NCBI GenBank assembly: GCA_900551055.1
Contig: URUK01000014.1
Span: 710 to 64,709, forward strand
Source of the DNA: an uncultured Prevotella sp.
Lineage (GTDB): Bacteria > Bacteroidota > Bacteroidia > Bacteroidales > Bacteroidaceae
DNA: 64,000 nucleotides
Direction of reading: 5' to 3'
Each line of letters begins with the position of its first letter. Positions within the stretch are counted from its first letter, which is position 1. Below the pieces are notes generated by a model. The model saw nothing but the letters and a program-made list of their open reading frames with translations. It was not told the DNA's origin and ran no database searches. The translations under genes were made by a program, and so were the position numbers. Positions 10,570-19,777 of the stretch are shown piece after piece.

Positions 10570-11241
10570 ATGAAAAAGTGTTTTTTAACATTGATGTCGC
10601 TGCTCTTTGTCAGCGGTCTGATAACTGCATGTTCAGAAAACGGGCCTGACAACAATGGAGACAACACGGACATTGAGGAGGTTGTTCCGGGAACAAATCA
10701 TAAGATTCTCATCGCCTATTTTTCCGAGCCGCTTCCTGACGGTATTGATGCCGTGACCTCGGCAAGCCGGGTCATTGTGGACGGAGATCTCTACGGCAGC
10801 GTCCAGTATGTGGCTACCGTAATTCAAGAAGCAACAGGTGGCGATATGATCCGCATACAGACAGCACAGCCTTATCCTGACAACTTCGATGATTTGGCAG
10901 CCCAGGCGGACAATGAACGTCAGAACGATATTCATCCGACACTCGCTACGGAGATAGACAATTTTGATGATTACGATGTGATCTTTGTCGGCTATCCGAT
11001 TTGGTGGTATCAGATGCCTATGGCGATGTATTCTTTCTTTGATAAATTCGATTGTAGTGGTAAGACTCTCATTCCTTTCTCTACGCATGGCGGAAGCGGA
11101 TGGTCGGGGACATTGGAAGATATCCGGGAATTGGTGCCGGATGCCACGATGGTTGACGGTTACAGCATTTCACGTAACAACACGGCGACTTCAAGAGAGG
11201 GTATCCTGAACTGGTTGCGGGAAATCGGAATGACAGAATAA
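10570..11241 (+). CDS. Flavodoxin, predicted lipoprotein
   Basis: ITAC lipobox; ILIAYFS, VGYPIWW, PFSTHGGSG. Confidence 0.88.
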   Translation: MKKCFLTLMSLLFVSGLITACSENGPDNNGDNTDIEEVVPGTNHKILIAYFSEPLPDGIDAVTSASRVIVDGDLYGSVQYVATVIQEATGGDMIRIQTAQPYPDNFDDLAAQADNERQNDIHPTLATEIDNFDDYDVIFVGYPIWWYQMPMAMYSFFDKFDCSGKTLIPFSTHGGSGWSGTLEDIRELVPDATMVDGYSISRNNTATSREGILNWLREIGMTE

Positions 11242-11258
11242 TGTATAACCCTTAATGG

Positions 11259-11864
11259 ATGTATATGAAACATAAGCTATTTTTCTTAACCTGTTTGTCA
11301 GTGATATTGGCCGCATTGTCTGCCTGTTCGAAAGATGAAGGTTCCGATACTCCGTTATATCAGCATGATTCAATCGAGTACAACGCAAATCGCAAAATCC
11401 TTATTGCTTATTTCAGTTGGAGCGGCAATACGCAACATTTGGCGGAGACAATTGCGAATATGACAGGCGGCACGCTGTTCCATATCGAAACTGCCAATCC
11501 ATATCCTTCGGATTACAACGAATGTACGGAGGTCGCCCGAGAGGAGTTGGATTACGGTGTCCGTCCTGAATTGAGCGGTACGGTGGATAATCTTGACGAC
11601 TACGATGTAGTATTCGTGGGTTGTCCTGTCTGGTGGCATACGGCACCGATGGCCGTGTGGTCGTTTCTCGAAAGTTCGGAATATGATTTTTCAGACAAGA
11701 TTATCGTACCGTTCTGTACTTACTCATCGACTTATAGGGAGGAGACACTCGCCAAGATCGTGGAACTTACTCCCGGTTCCGTCCATCTGCAGGGATTTGG
11801 AAAAACAGGACGTAATACGACTGGTGTCGAAGAGTGGCTCCGGACAATCCGCATCATCCCGTGA
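11259..11864 (+). CDS. Flavodoxin, predicted lipoprotein (paralog of 2525-3154)
   Basis: LSAC lipobox; IAYFSWSGNT, GCPVWW, PFCTYSSTYREETLA. Confidence 0.88.
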   Translation: MYMKHKLFFLTCLSVILAALSACSKDEGSDTPLYQHDSIEYNANRKILIAYFSWSGNTQHLAETIANMTGGTLFHIETANPYPSDYNECTEVAREELDYGVRPELSGTVDNLDDYDVVFVGCPVWWHTAPMAVWSFLESSEYDFSDKIIVPFCTYSSTYREETLAKIVELTPGSVHLQGFGKTGRNTTGVEEWLRTIRIIP

Positions 11865-11948
11865 AACTACATCAGGTGGAAGATTTTCCGTTCTGATTGC
11901 AGCCCGATTCAACTTTTATGCTTATTTTTGAACTCGGATGAACTTAAA

Positions 11949-12761
11949 ATGTATATGAATGAATATAAAGACCTTATCATAGCTGATCGACTCGGTGTAG
12001 TAAAAATCGATTCGGAGAAGGAGTATCTTGCGCACATGCTTTGCTTAGGCGGAACATGTCGCTACCGTTTCAACGAACGGGAATTCGAGTTGCACGCCGG
12101 TGATCTGTCAATTATCCGCAAACGGAAAATGATTGATAAGGTACAACCTTCGGAGGACTTCCGGTGCAAGATCATTTATGCTACCCCTGAGTTTATAGAA
12201 TTGTCTACACCTCAAAGTAATTACGGCATGAAAGGATCTCTGGCCCTGTTCCTTAATCCCGTCATGCACCTCACGCCGGAACAGCAAATCGTCTGCCGCA
12301 GGGATTTCGAGCAGCTGGAACTGCGCATTCAGAATTCAGGACACCACTTTTATCAGGAAACACTAATCAATGCAATGCAAGCCACTATTCTCGATTTTTT
12401 TGACTTCCACGCAAGTTTGTACGGTGAAAGTGATATATCAACACAGAATGCCTCCATTATGAACAGGTTTCTGAAAATGCTGGAAGCAGGAACTTATCGC
12501 GAACATCGGGAAGTGACTTATTATGCCGATTGCCTCTGCATAACACCGAAATATTTGTCGGAAGTGTCTAAAAAGGTCAGTGGATACGGCGCCAACTATT
12601 GGATCAACCGTTATACGATTCTCGACATTTCCCGTCTGTTACGGAATAAATCGTTATCGTTTGTCCAGATTTCCGATATGTTCGGATTTTCATCACCCGC
12701 CTATTTCAGTCGCTATGTACAACAGAACCTGGGAGTAAATCCATCGGATTACAGGGAATAG
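11949..12761 (+). CDS. AraC family transcriptional regulator
   Basis: YYADCLCITPKYLS...ISDMFGFSSPAYFSRY; start codon uncertain. Confidence 0.92.
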   Translation: MYMNEYKDLIIADRLGVVKIDSEKEYLAHMLCLGGTCRYRFNEREFELHAGDLSIIRKRKMIDKVQPSEDFRCKIIYATPEFIELSTPQSNYGMKGSLALFLNPVMHLTPEQQIVCRRDFEQLELRIQNSGHHFYQETLINAMQATILDFFDFHASLYGESDISTQNASIMNRFLKMLEAGTYREHREVTYYADCLCITPKYLSEVSKKVSGYGANYWINRYTILDISRLLRNKSLSFVQISDMFGFSSPAYFSRYVQQNLGVNPSDYRE

Positions 12762-12786
12762 TTCATTTATCCCTGAATTTGTCATA

Positions 12787-12854
12787 ATCGGTAAAAATCA
12801 CAGTTTTTACCGATTTTTTTGTATCGTCTCTTTCGTTGGTCCCAACTATCTTTG
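12787..12854 (+). promoter_or_regulatory. Inverted repeat/operator plus promoter
   Basis: ATCGGTAAAAA...TTTTTACCGAT; CCG at 12810; TATCTTTG at 12847-12854. Confidence 0.55.
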
Positions 12855-12883
12855 CGGTGGTAATAATTAAAAATCAAGAAGAT

Positions 12884-13336
12884 ATGAAATCAATAGTAAT
12901 CATGGTATTTATGTTTCTGACTTTTACAGTCGGATCAAATGCTCAAGAAAACCGGGAGGCGTTTACTGCCGAAGAACAGGAAATTGTCGATTTGTCCAAC
13001 TGCAAGTGGACCTGGATGTCAGAGAAAAATGTAGAAAAGTTGGCGGAGTTGTTTCATGAGAACTCGCAATTTGTTCATATGGGCGGCTATTGGGGCAAAC
13101 AGCAAGAATTGGAAACCATTCGTACGGGTGGCATTTGGTATAAAAAAGCCGAAATACACGATGTACAGGTGAAATTTGCTACAGGGACAGCAACGGTTTA
13201 CAGCCGGATTCATTTGAATTCGGTGGTTGGAGGAAACGCTGTGCGGTTTCCTTTTATCGTTACGGAAGTATATGTGATGGAAAAAGGGAAATGGCAGCTT
13301 TCAACACTTGCTTTCACGAGAACTTTAGGTGAATAA
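12884..13336 (+). CDS. NTF2-like (DUF4440-type) exported protein
   Basis: KW.WM.EKNV.KL..LF....FVHMGG and FIVTEVY...GKWQL; signal peptide. Confidence 0.75.
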   Translation: MKSIVIMVFMFLTFTVGSNAQENREAFTAEEQEIVDLSNCKWTWMSEKNVEKLAELFHENSQFVHMGGYWGKQQELETIRTGGIWYKKAEIHDVQVKFATGTATVYSRIHLNSVVGGNAVRFPFIVTEVYVMEKGKWQLSTLAFTRTLGE

Positions 13337-13352
13337 TCAAACATAAAAATAT

Positions 13353-14492
13353 ATGAAAACCAAGAATTTATTTATCGCGATCATGATGGCAATATCATCC
13401 GTTACAGTATATGCACAGAATGCAGAAACTTTCCGGCAACCTTATCCGCTCGGCGACAAATTATCCCCGAATCCTAACTTTACCGGCGAAGTATGGCTTG
13501 CTCCTTTGACCGAAAAAAAAGAATTGAATCTTCCGATGGCAAACGTCACCTTCGAGCCGGGATGCCGCAACAGTTGGCACTTACACAAAGCCGGACAACT
13601 TTTGATTGCCACCGCAGGCATTGGCTACTATCAGGAGAAAGGACAGCCTGCCCGCCGCCTATTTCCAGGCGACATCGTGGAGATTGCTCCAGGTGTAGAA
13701 CATTGGCACGGGGCAGCACCGAATAGCTGGTTTGCTCACATCGCCATTACCACCAATCCACAAAACAATGCTGCTGTGTGGATCTCTCCGGTAAGCGATG
13801 ATCAATACCGTGAGGCCACAACCGAAGCAGAATGCCGTTATGTCGAAGCAAACAAAGTTCTTACGGCGAGAGAACTGGCTATCGTTACTGTGGCATCCTA
13901 TACGGGTAAAGGCGATTTAGAACACTTGAAACCTGCTCTTGCCCAAGCTTTGGAGGCGGGCATGACCATCAACGAAATCAACGAAGTATTGATTCACGCC
14001 TATGCATATTGCGGATTCCCTCGGAGTTTGCGAGCTATCCAGACTTTCATGCAGGTTGTGGAGAAGCGAAAGGCTGACGGCATAACGGATGTAGTTGGTA
14101 GGGAAGTATCCATTGTTACAGATAGCAGAAACCGTTATGAACGTGGCTGTGATGTGCTTGCCGAAATATCAGGTGTACCTACCGATGCACCGAAAGCAGG
14201 ATACGCCCTGTTCGCTCCGACAATCGAGCGGTTCCTTAAAGAGCATCTTTTCGCCGACCTTTTTGAGCGTGATCTGCTGACATGTCGGGAACGTGAACTC
14301 GCCACGGTATCGGTCCTCGCCGGAGTGGGTGGCGTAGAGCCGATGTTCGAGAGCCATGCCGCAATATGTATGCATCTTGGCGTCACTCCGGAACAACTTT
14401 CGTCCTTGCTGAACATCGTGGAGATGAACCTCGGCAAGACATATTCGGAACCGCTTCGCAAAGTGTTGAACCAATTGACGGAAAAGAAATGA
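13353..14492 (+). CDS. Cupin plus carboxymuconolactone decarboxylase-family fusion
   Basis: NVTFEPGCRNSWHLH, HWHGA; YAYCGFPRSL, RERELAT. Confidence 0.87.
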   Translation: MKTKNLFIAIMMAISSVTVYAQNAETFRQPYPLGDKLSPNPNFTGEVWLAPLTEKKELNLPMANVTFEPGCRNSWHLHKAGQLLIATAGIGYYQEKGQPARRLFPGDIVEIAPGVEHWHGAAPNSWFAHIAITTNPQNNAAVWISPVSDDQYREATTEAECRYVEANKVLTARELAIVTVASYTGKGDLEHLKPALAQALEAGMTINEINEVLIHAYAYCGFPRSLRAIQTFMQVVEKRKADGITDVVGREVSIVTDSRNRYERGCDVLAEISGVPTDAPKAGYALFAPTIERFLKEHLFADLFERDLLTCRERELATVSVLAGVGGVEPMFESHAAICMHLGVTPEQLSSLLNIVEMNLGKTYSEPLRKVLNQLTEKK

Positions 14493-15568
14493 AGAAAATA
14501 GTTTTATCGGCATTATTGCTGTCGGTTACAGCAATGGCCGGAGCACAAGAGCCTGTAACAATAGTAAAACAGGGACACTTCCCGGTTGGAGGCACAACCA
14601 TACAGCGACCGGGAACGTATGATAACAGTAAATTTGTCGGATGGGCCGAGCAGGAGGAGACGGGACAGAGTTATCGTGCCGACCACGCCTTCGTCGATTT
14701 TCAGATTCCAGCCGACGCCCATTGTCTGCCGCTGGTCTATGTACACGGTTACGGAGGTTCGGGCATCTGCTGGCAGATGACCCCTGACGACCGCGACGGA
14801 TTTGCCACGCTGATGCTGCGTAGAGGATGGAGCAGTTATGTCGTGGATCTGCCCGGACGCGGACGGGCCGGAAGAACGTCCACGACAACAACGGTGAAAC
14901 CAGTCGCCGATGAAATGTTCTGGTTCGATATATGGCGCATTGGTATCTGGCCTAATTACAATGAAGGCGTACAATTTCCGAAAGATTCCGCATCGCTTTC
15001 ACAATTCTTCCGTGAAATGACTCCTGACATCAGCGACCATAAACAGGATATCCCGGCCCTCAGTGCATTGGCAAAACGTATCGGGAATCATATTCTTGTC
15101 ACCCATTCGGCAGGAGGCTTCCCCGGCTGGATGTCAGCTATACAAAATAAGGAAGTGAAAGCTGTCGTTTCGTATGAGCCCGGGGGCTTCGTATTCCCGG
15201 AGGGCGAAGTACCGGAACGTATTGACGGACTGACCGGAGGAGTGGCGGGCACGCCCGTTCCGATGGAACAGTTCCGCCGGCTGACGGAGATTCCAATCGT
15301 GCTGTATTTCGGAGACTATATCCCCGAAACACCGTCCCAAAACCTCGGTGACGAGAATTGGCGCGTACGCCTGCAGATGGCCCGCAAATTCGTGGAAACA
15401 ATCAACCGGCACGGAGGAAATGCAACATTGGTCGAGCTTCCCAAAATCGGTATCTATGGCAACACTCATTTTCTTATGCAGGACTTGAATAATGATGAGT
15501 TGGCGAGATTGCTCAATGAGTGGTTGACAAAACAAAATTTATGTAATAAGATATTGCCTGACAATTGA
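14489..15568 (+). CDS. Alpha/beta hydrolase, exported
   Basis: VHGYG, VDLPGRGRA, THSAGG, GI.GNTHF; start at MKKIVLSALLL. Confidence 0.85.
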   Translation: MKKIVLSALLLSVTAMAGAQEPVTIVKQGHFPVGGTTIQRPGTYDNSKFVGWAEQEETGQSYRADHAFVDFQIPADAHCLPLVYVHGYGGSGICWQMTPDDRDGFATLMLRRGWSSYVVDLPGRGRAGRTSTTTTVKPVADEMFWFDIWRIGIWPNYNEGVQFPKDSASLSQFFREMTPDISDHKQDIPALSALAKRIGNHILVTHSAGGFPGWMSAIQNKEVKAVVSYEPGGFVFPEGEVPERIDGLTGGVAGTPVPMEQFRRLTEIPIVLYFGDYIPETPSQNLGDENWRVRLQMARKFVETINRHGGNATLVELPKIGIYGNTHFLMQDLNNDELARLLNEWLTKQNLCNKILPDN

Positions 15569-15617
15569 AGAACAATGTTATAGAAAATGTTAGAGGTATT
15601 CATGTTGTTGAATTTTG

Positions 15618-15885
15618 CAACCATGGAGATACTGCATGAACAGTTCCATGTCGAGCGTCTGGCTATTTTGGGTGGAGGACATATCAACGGAGGATTTCTG
15701 GAAGTCGGGCTGATTGACGAGGTCAGTCTGCTGGTTGCGCCGGAAAAGACGGCCGGAAAAACGGGACTGCTGTCTTTGATGGCTTAGGAGGAGATGAGCG
15801 TCTGCCAGTGCCCCTTTACTTGACCGGAGTGGAGAGACTGGGAAATGGAGTGGTCTGGCTACGATACAGGTTACACGATGAATAA
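15618..15885 (+). pseudogene. RibD-family C-terminal remnant, frameshifted
   Basis: LAILGGGHINGGFLEVGLIDEVSLLVAP, then in another frame ...VFDG...GNGVVWLRYR*; no N-terminus. Confidence 0.75.
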
Positions 15886-15974
15886 TCAGTGATATGGGGA
15901 ATATAAGAATTGGGGTAATCAACAGCCTGACGGAATCCTGTAACTTTGTAATGGTGAGAAACAATATCTTACAA

Positions 15975-16205
15975 ATGGAAGATTTGATAAAACTGTTACA
16001 TACAGACAACCATTCTTTGGAAATAGCCGATGGCGAGGTGTGTACGTTTGATGACCGGATGATTGCGGTAGTTATGGATAAGATTGTTGTTTCTGAGGGA
16101 CTTTACAAAGATGAAGCAATCTGCTATATAACGGACCGATACCATACCTCACCACAGAATTATACGCTACATCTTTCTTCAATTGGATATGAAAAGAAAT
16201 ATTAA
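15975..16205 (+). pseudogene. Degenerate copy of the DUF1893-like gene
   Basis: MEDLIKLLH...HSL..A.GEVCTF and VMDKIV align with 19343-19744, with deletions. Preceded by TAACTTTG (15941-15948). Confidence 0.65.
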
Positions 16206-16212
16206 ATAACAG

Positions 16213-17724
16213 ATGATGCCTATGTTACGAAAAATCAGATTGACACTTGCCATTCTATTTTTTGCCGCTATCACCATGTTGTTCCTTGATTTTACCGGGA
16301 GCATACATGTATGGTTGGGATGGATGGCAAAAATTCAATTTCTTCCAGCAGTGCTTACACTCAATGTGGGAGTAATGTTAGCCCTTGTTCTTTTGACATG
16401 GATATTGGGGCGTGTTTATTGTTCTGTCATTTGTCCTCTTGGGGTCATGCAGGATATTATTTCATGGTTGAACGGACGGATAAAAAAGAAGAAATACCGC
16501 TTTTCCTATTCTCCTGCCAAATCCTGGATACGTTATGGCGTACTGATTCTGTTTGTGGCTGCGATAATTGCAGGAATCGGTTCTTTTGTTGCTTTACTCG
16601 CACCATACAGCTCATACGGGCGTATTGCAAGTAATCTGTTAGCTCCGATATATCAGTATGCAAATAATCTTTTTGCCTATTTCGCAGAACGGGCCGACAG
16701 TTATGCTTTTTATGAAATTTCTGTATGGATAAAAAGTTTACCGACATTCCTTATTGCCCTGCTTTCCCTGATCATATTGGGCGTATTGGCATGGCGTAAC
16801 GGACGGACGTATTGTAACACCATTTGTCCTGTGGGCACCATACTTGGTTTTGTATCTCGTTTTTCATTGTTCCGTATCACCATAGACAAGGATAAATGCA
16901 ACGCTTGCGGCCTGTGCTCACGCAAATGCAAGGCTGCATGTATAAACGGTAAAGAACACTCCGTGGATTATAGCCGATGTGTAGTGTGTATGGATTGTAT
17001 CGGCACCTGCAAGCACGGAGCAATCGGTTATCGTTGGTTTCATAAGAAAAAAACACAAGTTGAACCTGTTAAAGGCGTGGATGAAAGACAGATAGACGAC
17101 GCCCGCCGTTCTTTTCTGACAGCCTCGGCTCTAATTGCTACGACTGCTACGATAAAGGCACAGGAAAAAAAAGTAGATGGCGGCCTTGCAGTCATTGAGG
17201 ATAAGGAAATCCCTGATCGTAAAATATCAATTGTACCGCCAGGAGCTTTGAGTACACGTAATTTCGCAACTCATTGTACAGCCTGCCAGCTTTGTGTGTC
17301 AGTCTGCCCCAACGGCGTGTTGCGTCCTTCAACCGACATGATGAAACTGATGCAGCCTGAAATGAGCTACGAAAGAGGTTATTGTCGTCCGGAATGTACG
17401 AAATGCAGTGATGTATGTCCCGCAGGTGCAATTCGTCCTATTACAACCGCTGATAAATCTGCTACACAAATAGGTCATGCAGTATGGATAAAGAAGAATT
17501 GTGTACCTCTTACGGATGGGGTGGAATGTGGGAACTGTGCCCGTCATTGTCCGACTGGTGCGATACAAATGGTTGCATCAGATGCATCTAATCCAGACTC
17601 CCCGAAAATACCTGTCGTTAACACTGAACGGTGTATAGGTTGTGGCGCTTGTGAGAATCTTTGTCCGGCTCGTCCTTTCAGTGCTATTTATGTTGAGGGA
17701 TATACCATTCATCGCAATGTTTAA
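16213..17724 (+). CDS. Membrane polyferredoxin (NapH/NapF-like 4Fe-4S protein) with internal twin-arginine motif
   Basis: N-terminal TM segments, GRVYCSVICP, many CxxCxxCxxxCP motifs, internal ARRSFL. Confidence 0.88.
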   Translation: MMPMLRKIRLTLAILFFAAITMLFLDFTGSIHVWLGWMAKIQFLPAVLTLNVGVMLALVLLTWILGRVYCSVICPLGVMQDIISWLNGRIKKKKYRFSYSPAKSWIRYGVLILFVAAIIAGIGSFVALLAPYSSYGRIASNLLAPIYQYANNLFAYFAERADSYAFYEISVWIKSLPTFLIALLSLIILGVLAWRNGRTYCNTICPVGTILGFVSRFSLFRITIDKDKCNACGLCSRKCKAACINGKEHSVDYSRCVVCMDCIGTCKHGAIGYRWFHKKKTQVEPVKGVDERQIDDARRSFLTASALIATTATIKAQEKKVDGGLAVIEDKEIPDRKISIVPPGALSTRNFATHCTACQLCVSVCPNGVLRPSTDMMKLMQPEMSYERGYCRPECTKCSDVCPAGAIRPITTADKSATQIGHAVWIKKNCVPLTDGVECGNCARHCPTGAIQMVASDASNPDSPKIPVVNTERCIGCGACENLCPARPFSAIYVEGYTIHRNV

Positions 17725-17744
17725 TCTTAACTTAGGATTGTATT

Positions 17745-19142
17745 ATGGAACGGAAAAACAATTATAAAGTATCACGTCGAGATTTTCTTAAAATAACAGG
17801 AACTGCAGGGCTTGTTGTTTCTGGATTTACCGCATGTAATAATAAGGGCACTTCCAATAATATAAGTATCTCTCCGAATAAGGATACTATGACTTATCGT
17901 ACCAACTCAACTACTGGTGACAAGGTGTCTCTTTTAGGATTTGGTATGATGCGTTTGCCTTCAGTGGGAGGACGCAGTGCCCGTGAAGGAAACGAAGAAA
18001 TAGATCAGGAAATGGTAAACGAAATGGTGGACTATGCTCTTGCCCATGGGGTAAACTATTTTGATACATCTCCAGCCTACTGCCGTGGAGGTTCGGAACG
18101 TGCTACGGGAATTGCCTTGAGTCGCCATTCCAGAAAGGATTATTTCATAGCAACTAAACTTTCTAACTTTGCACCTTCCACTTGGTCAAGGGAGGCTTCT
18201 ATATCAATGTATCATAACTCCTTGAAACAGCTTCAGACAGATTATATTGACTATTTGCTGTTACATGGTATTGGCATGGGCAATGGGATGGAAGAATTTG
18301 AGGAGCGATATATTAATAATGGTGTATTGGATTTCCTGCTTGAAGAACGTGAAGTCGGACGTATTCGTAACCTTGGGTTCTCCTATCATGGGGACATTCG
18401 GGTGTTTGACCGTCTGCTTGCTGAACATGATAAATATAACTGGAATTTTGTACAGATTCAGATGAACTATTTGGACTGGAGATATGCACAGCAGATTAAT
18501 CCGAGGAATACCAATGCAGAATATTTGTACAATGAATTAGCCAAACGGGACATTCCTATGGTGATTATGGAACCGTTGTTGGGTGGAAGACTTTCCAATG
18601 TTCCTAATAATATAGTATCTCTTCTTAAACAACGTGAACCTGAAAAGAGTGTTGCCTCGTGGGCTTTCCGTTTTGCTGGCTCATTTCCGAAAGTTCTGAC
18701 TGTACTGAGCGGAATGACAAGAATAGAGCATCTACAGGATAATCTTTTGACTTATTCACCCCTGCAACCTCTGAATGAAGAAGAATTTACTTTCCTTCAG
18801 CAGGCAGCTGACCGCATGATGCAGTTTGATACAATTCCATGCAATGACTGCAAATATTGTATGCCCTGTCCTTACGGATTAGATATACCAGCCATTCTGT
18901 TGCACTACAACAAGTGCCTGAATGAGGGGAACATACCGGAATCCTCGCAGGATAAGAATTATAGGGAAGCTCGCCGTGCTTATTTGATAGGCTATGACCG
19001 GAGTGTACCTCAGCTACGTCAGGCCAGTCATTGTATTGGATGTAATCAGTGTAGCCCTCATTGCCCTCAACGTATAGATATACCTAAAGAACTGCATCGG
19101 ATAGATACATATGTGGAAAAATTGAAACAGGGACTCTTATAA
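17745..19142 (+). CDS. Aldo/keto reductase with Tat signal and C-terminal 4Fe-4S dicluster
   Basis: VSRRDFLK...TAC; LGFGMMRLP, YFDTSPAY; CNDCKYCMPCP, CIGCNQCSPHCP. Confidence 0.92.
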   Translation: MERKNNYKVSRRDFLKITGTAGLVVSGFTACNNKGTSNNISISPNKDTMTYRTNSTTGDKVSLLGFGMMRLPSVGGRSAREGNEEIDQEMVNEMVDYALAHGVNYFDTSPAYCRGGSERATGIALSRHSRKDYFIATKLSNFAPSTWSREASISMYHNSLKQLQTDYIDYLLLHGIGMGNGMEEFEERYINNGVLDFLLEEREVGRIRNLGFSYHGDIRVFDRLLAEHDKYNWNFVQIQMNYLDWRYAQQINPRNTNAEYLYNELAKRDIPMVIMEPLLGGRLSNVPNNIVSLLKQREPEKSVASWAFRFAGSFPKVLTVLSGMTRIEHLQDNLLTYSPLQPLNEEEFTFLQQAADRMMQFDTIPCNDCKYCMPCPYGLDIPAILLHYNKCLNEGNIPESSQDKNYREARRAYLIGYDRSVPQLRQASHCIGCNQCSPHCPQRIDIPKELHRIDTYVEKLKQGLL

Positions 19143-19151
19143 GCAAAGAAT

Positions 19152-19346
19152 ATGGATGAAAAGAAAAAGTTTACTCGCCGTGCTTTTCTTGTCGGATATG
19201 ACAGAAGTGTCCCCAGATTGAGACAGGCCAGTCATTGTATTGGTTGCAATCAGTGTACTCCTCACTGTCCTCAAAGTATTGATATTCCGTCAGAATTACA
19301 TCGCATAGACGATTATGTAGAAAAAATGAAACAAAATACGTTATGA
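19152..19346 (+). pseudogene. Internally deleted second AKR/Fe-S paralog (N-terminus joined to last ~55 aa)
   Basis: MDEKKKFTRRAFLVGYDRSVP.LRQASHCIGCNQC matches the C-terminus of the upstream gene. Confidence 0.75.
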
Positions 19347-19744
19347 TGAATGACCTGATTGATTTGCTGCATAAAGGACGGCATTCCCTGGTTGTTGCAA
19401 ATGGTGAGGTTTGCACATTCAATGGCCGGGGTGTCATTGACCTTTATCATTTAATTGAAGACGATCCGGGATTTATGTTCGGGGCATCAGTCGTGGATAA
19501 GATCGTGGGTAAGGCCGCTGCGGCACTGATGGCTTTGGCAAAGGTCAAAGAGGTGTATGCGGATGTCGTCAGTCGGCCTGCCCTTGACTTACTTTCAAAG
19601 ACCAATGTGAAAATAAGGTACGGAACAGTAGTCCCTTATATTATCAACCGGACTGCTACCGGATGGTGTCCGTTGGAAATTCTTTGCTTTGATTGTGCTA
19701 CACTAGAGGACTGTTTTCACCAGATAGAAGCATTTTATAAATAA
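19343..19744 (+). CDS. DUF1893-like protein
   Basis: RGV.DLY, DKIVGKAAAALM, IINR...GWCPLE. Confidence 0.8.
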   Translation: MMNDLIDLLHKGRHSLVVANGEVCTFNGRGVIDLYHLIEDDPGFMFGASVVDKIVGKAAAALMALAKVKEVYADVVSRPALDLLSKTNVKIRYGTVVPYIINRTATGWCPLEILCFDCATLEDCFHQIEAFYK

Positions 19745-19777
19745 ATATAAAACTAACAAACAGATAATACATTATAA

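Noticed and set aside
19745..19777. Cobalamin/TPP riboswitch ahead of the TonB receptor
   Set aside because: Only 33 nt of intergenic space and no riboswitch consensus.
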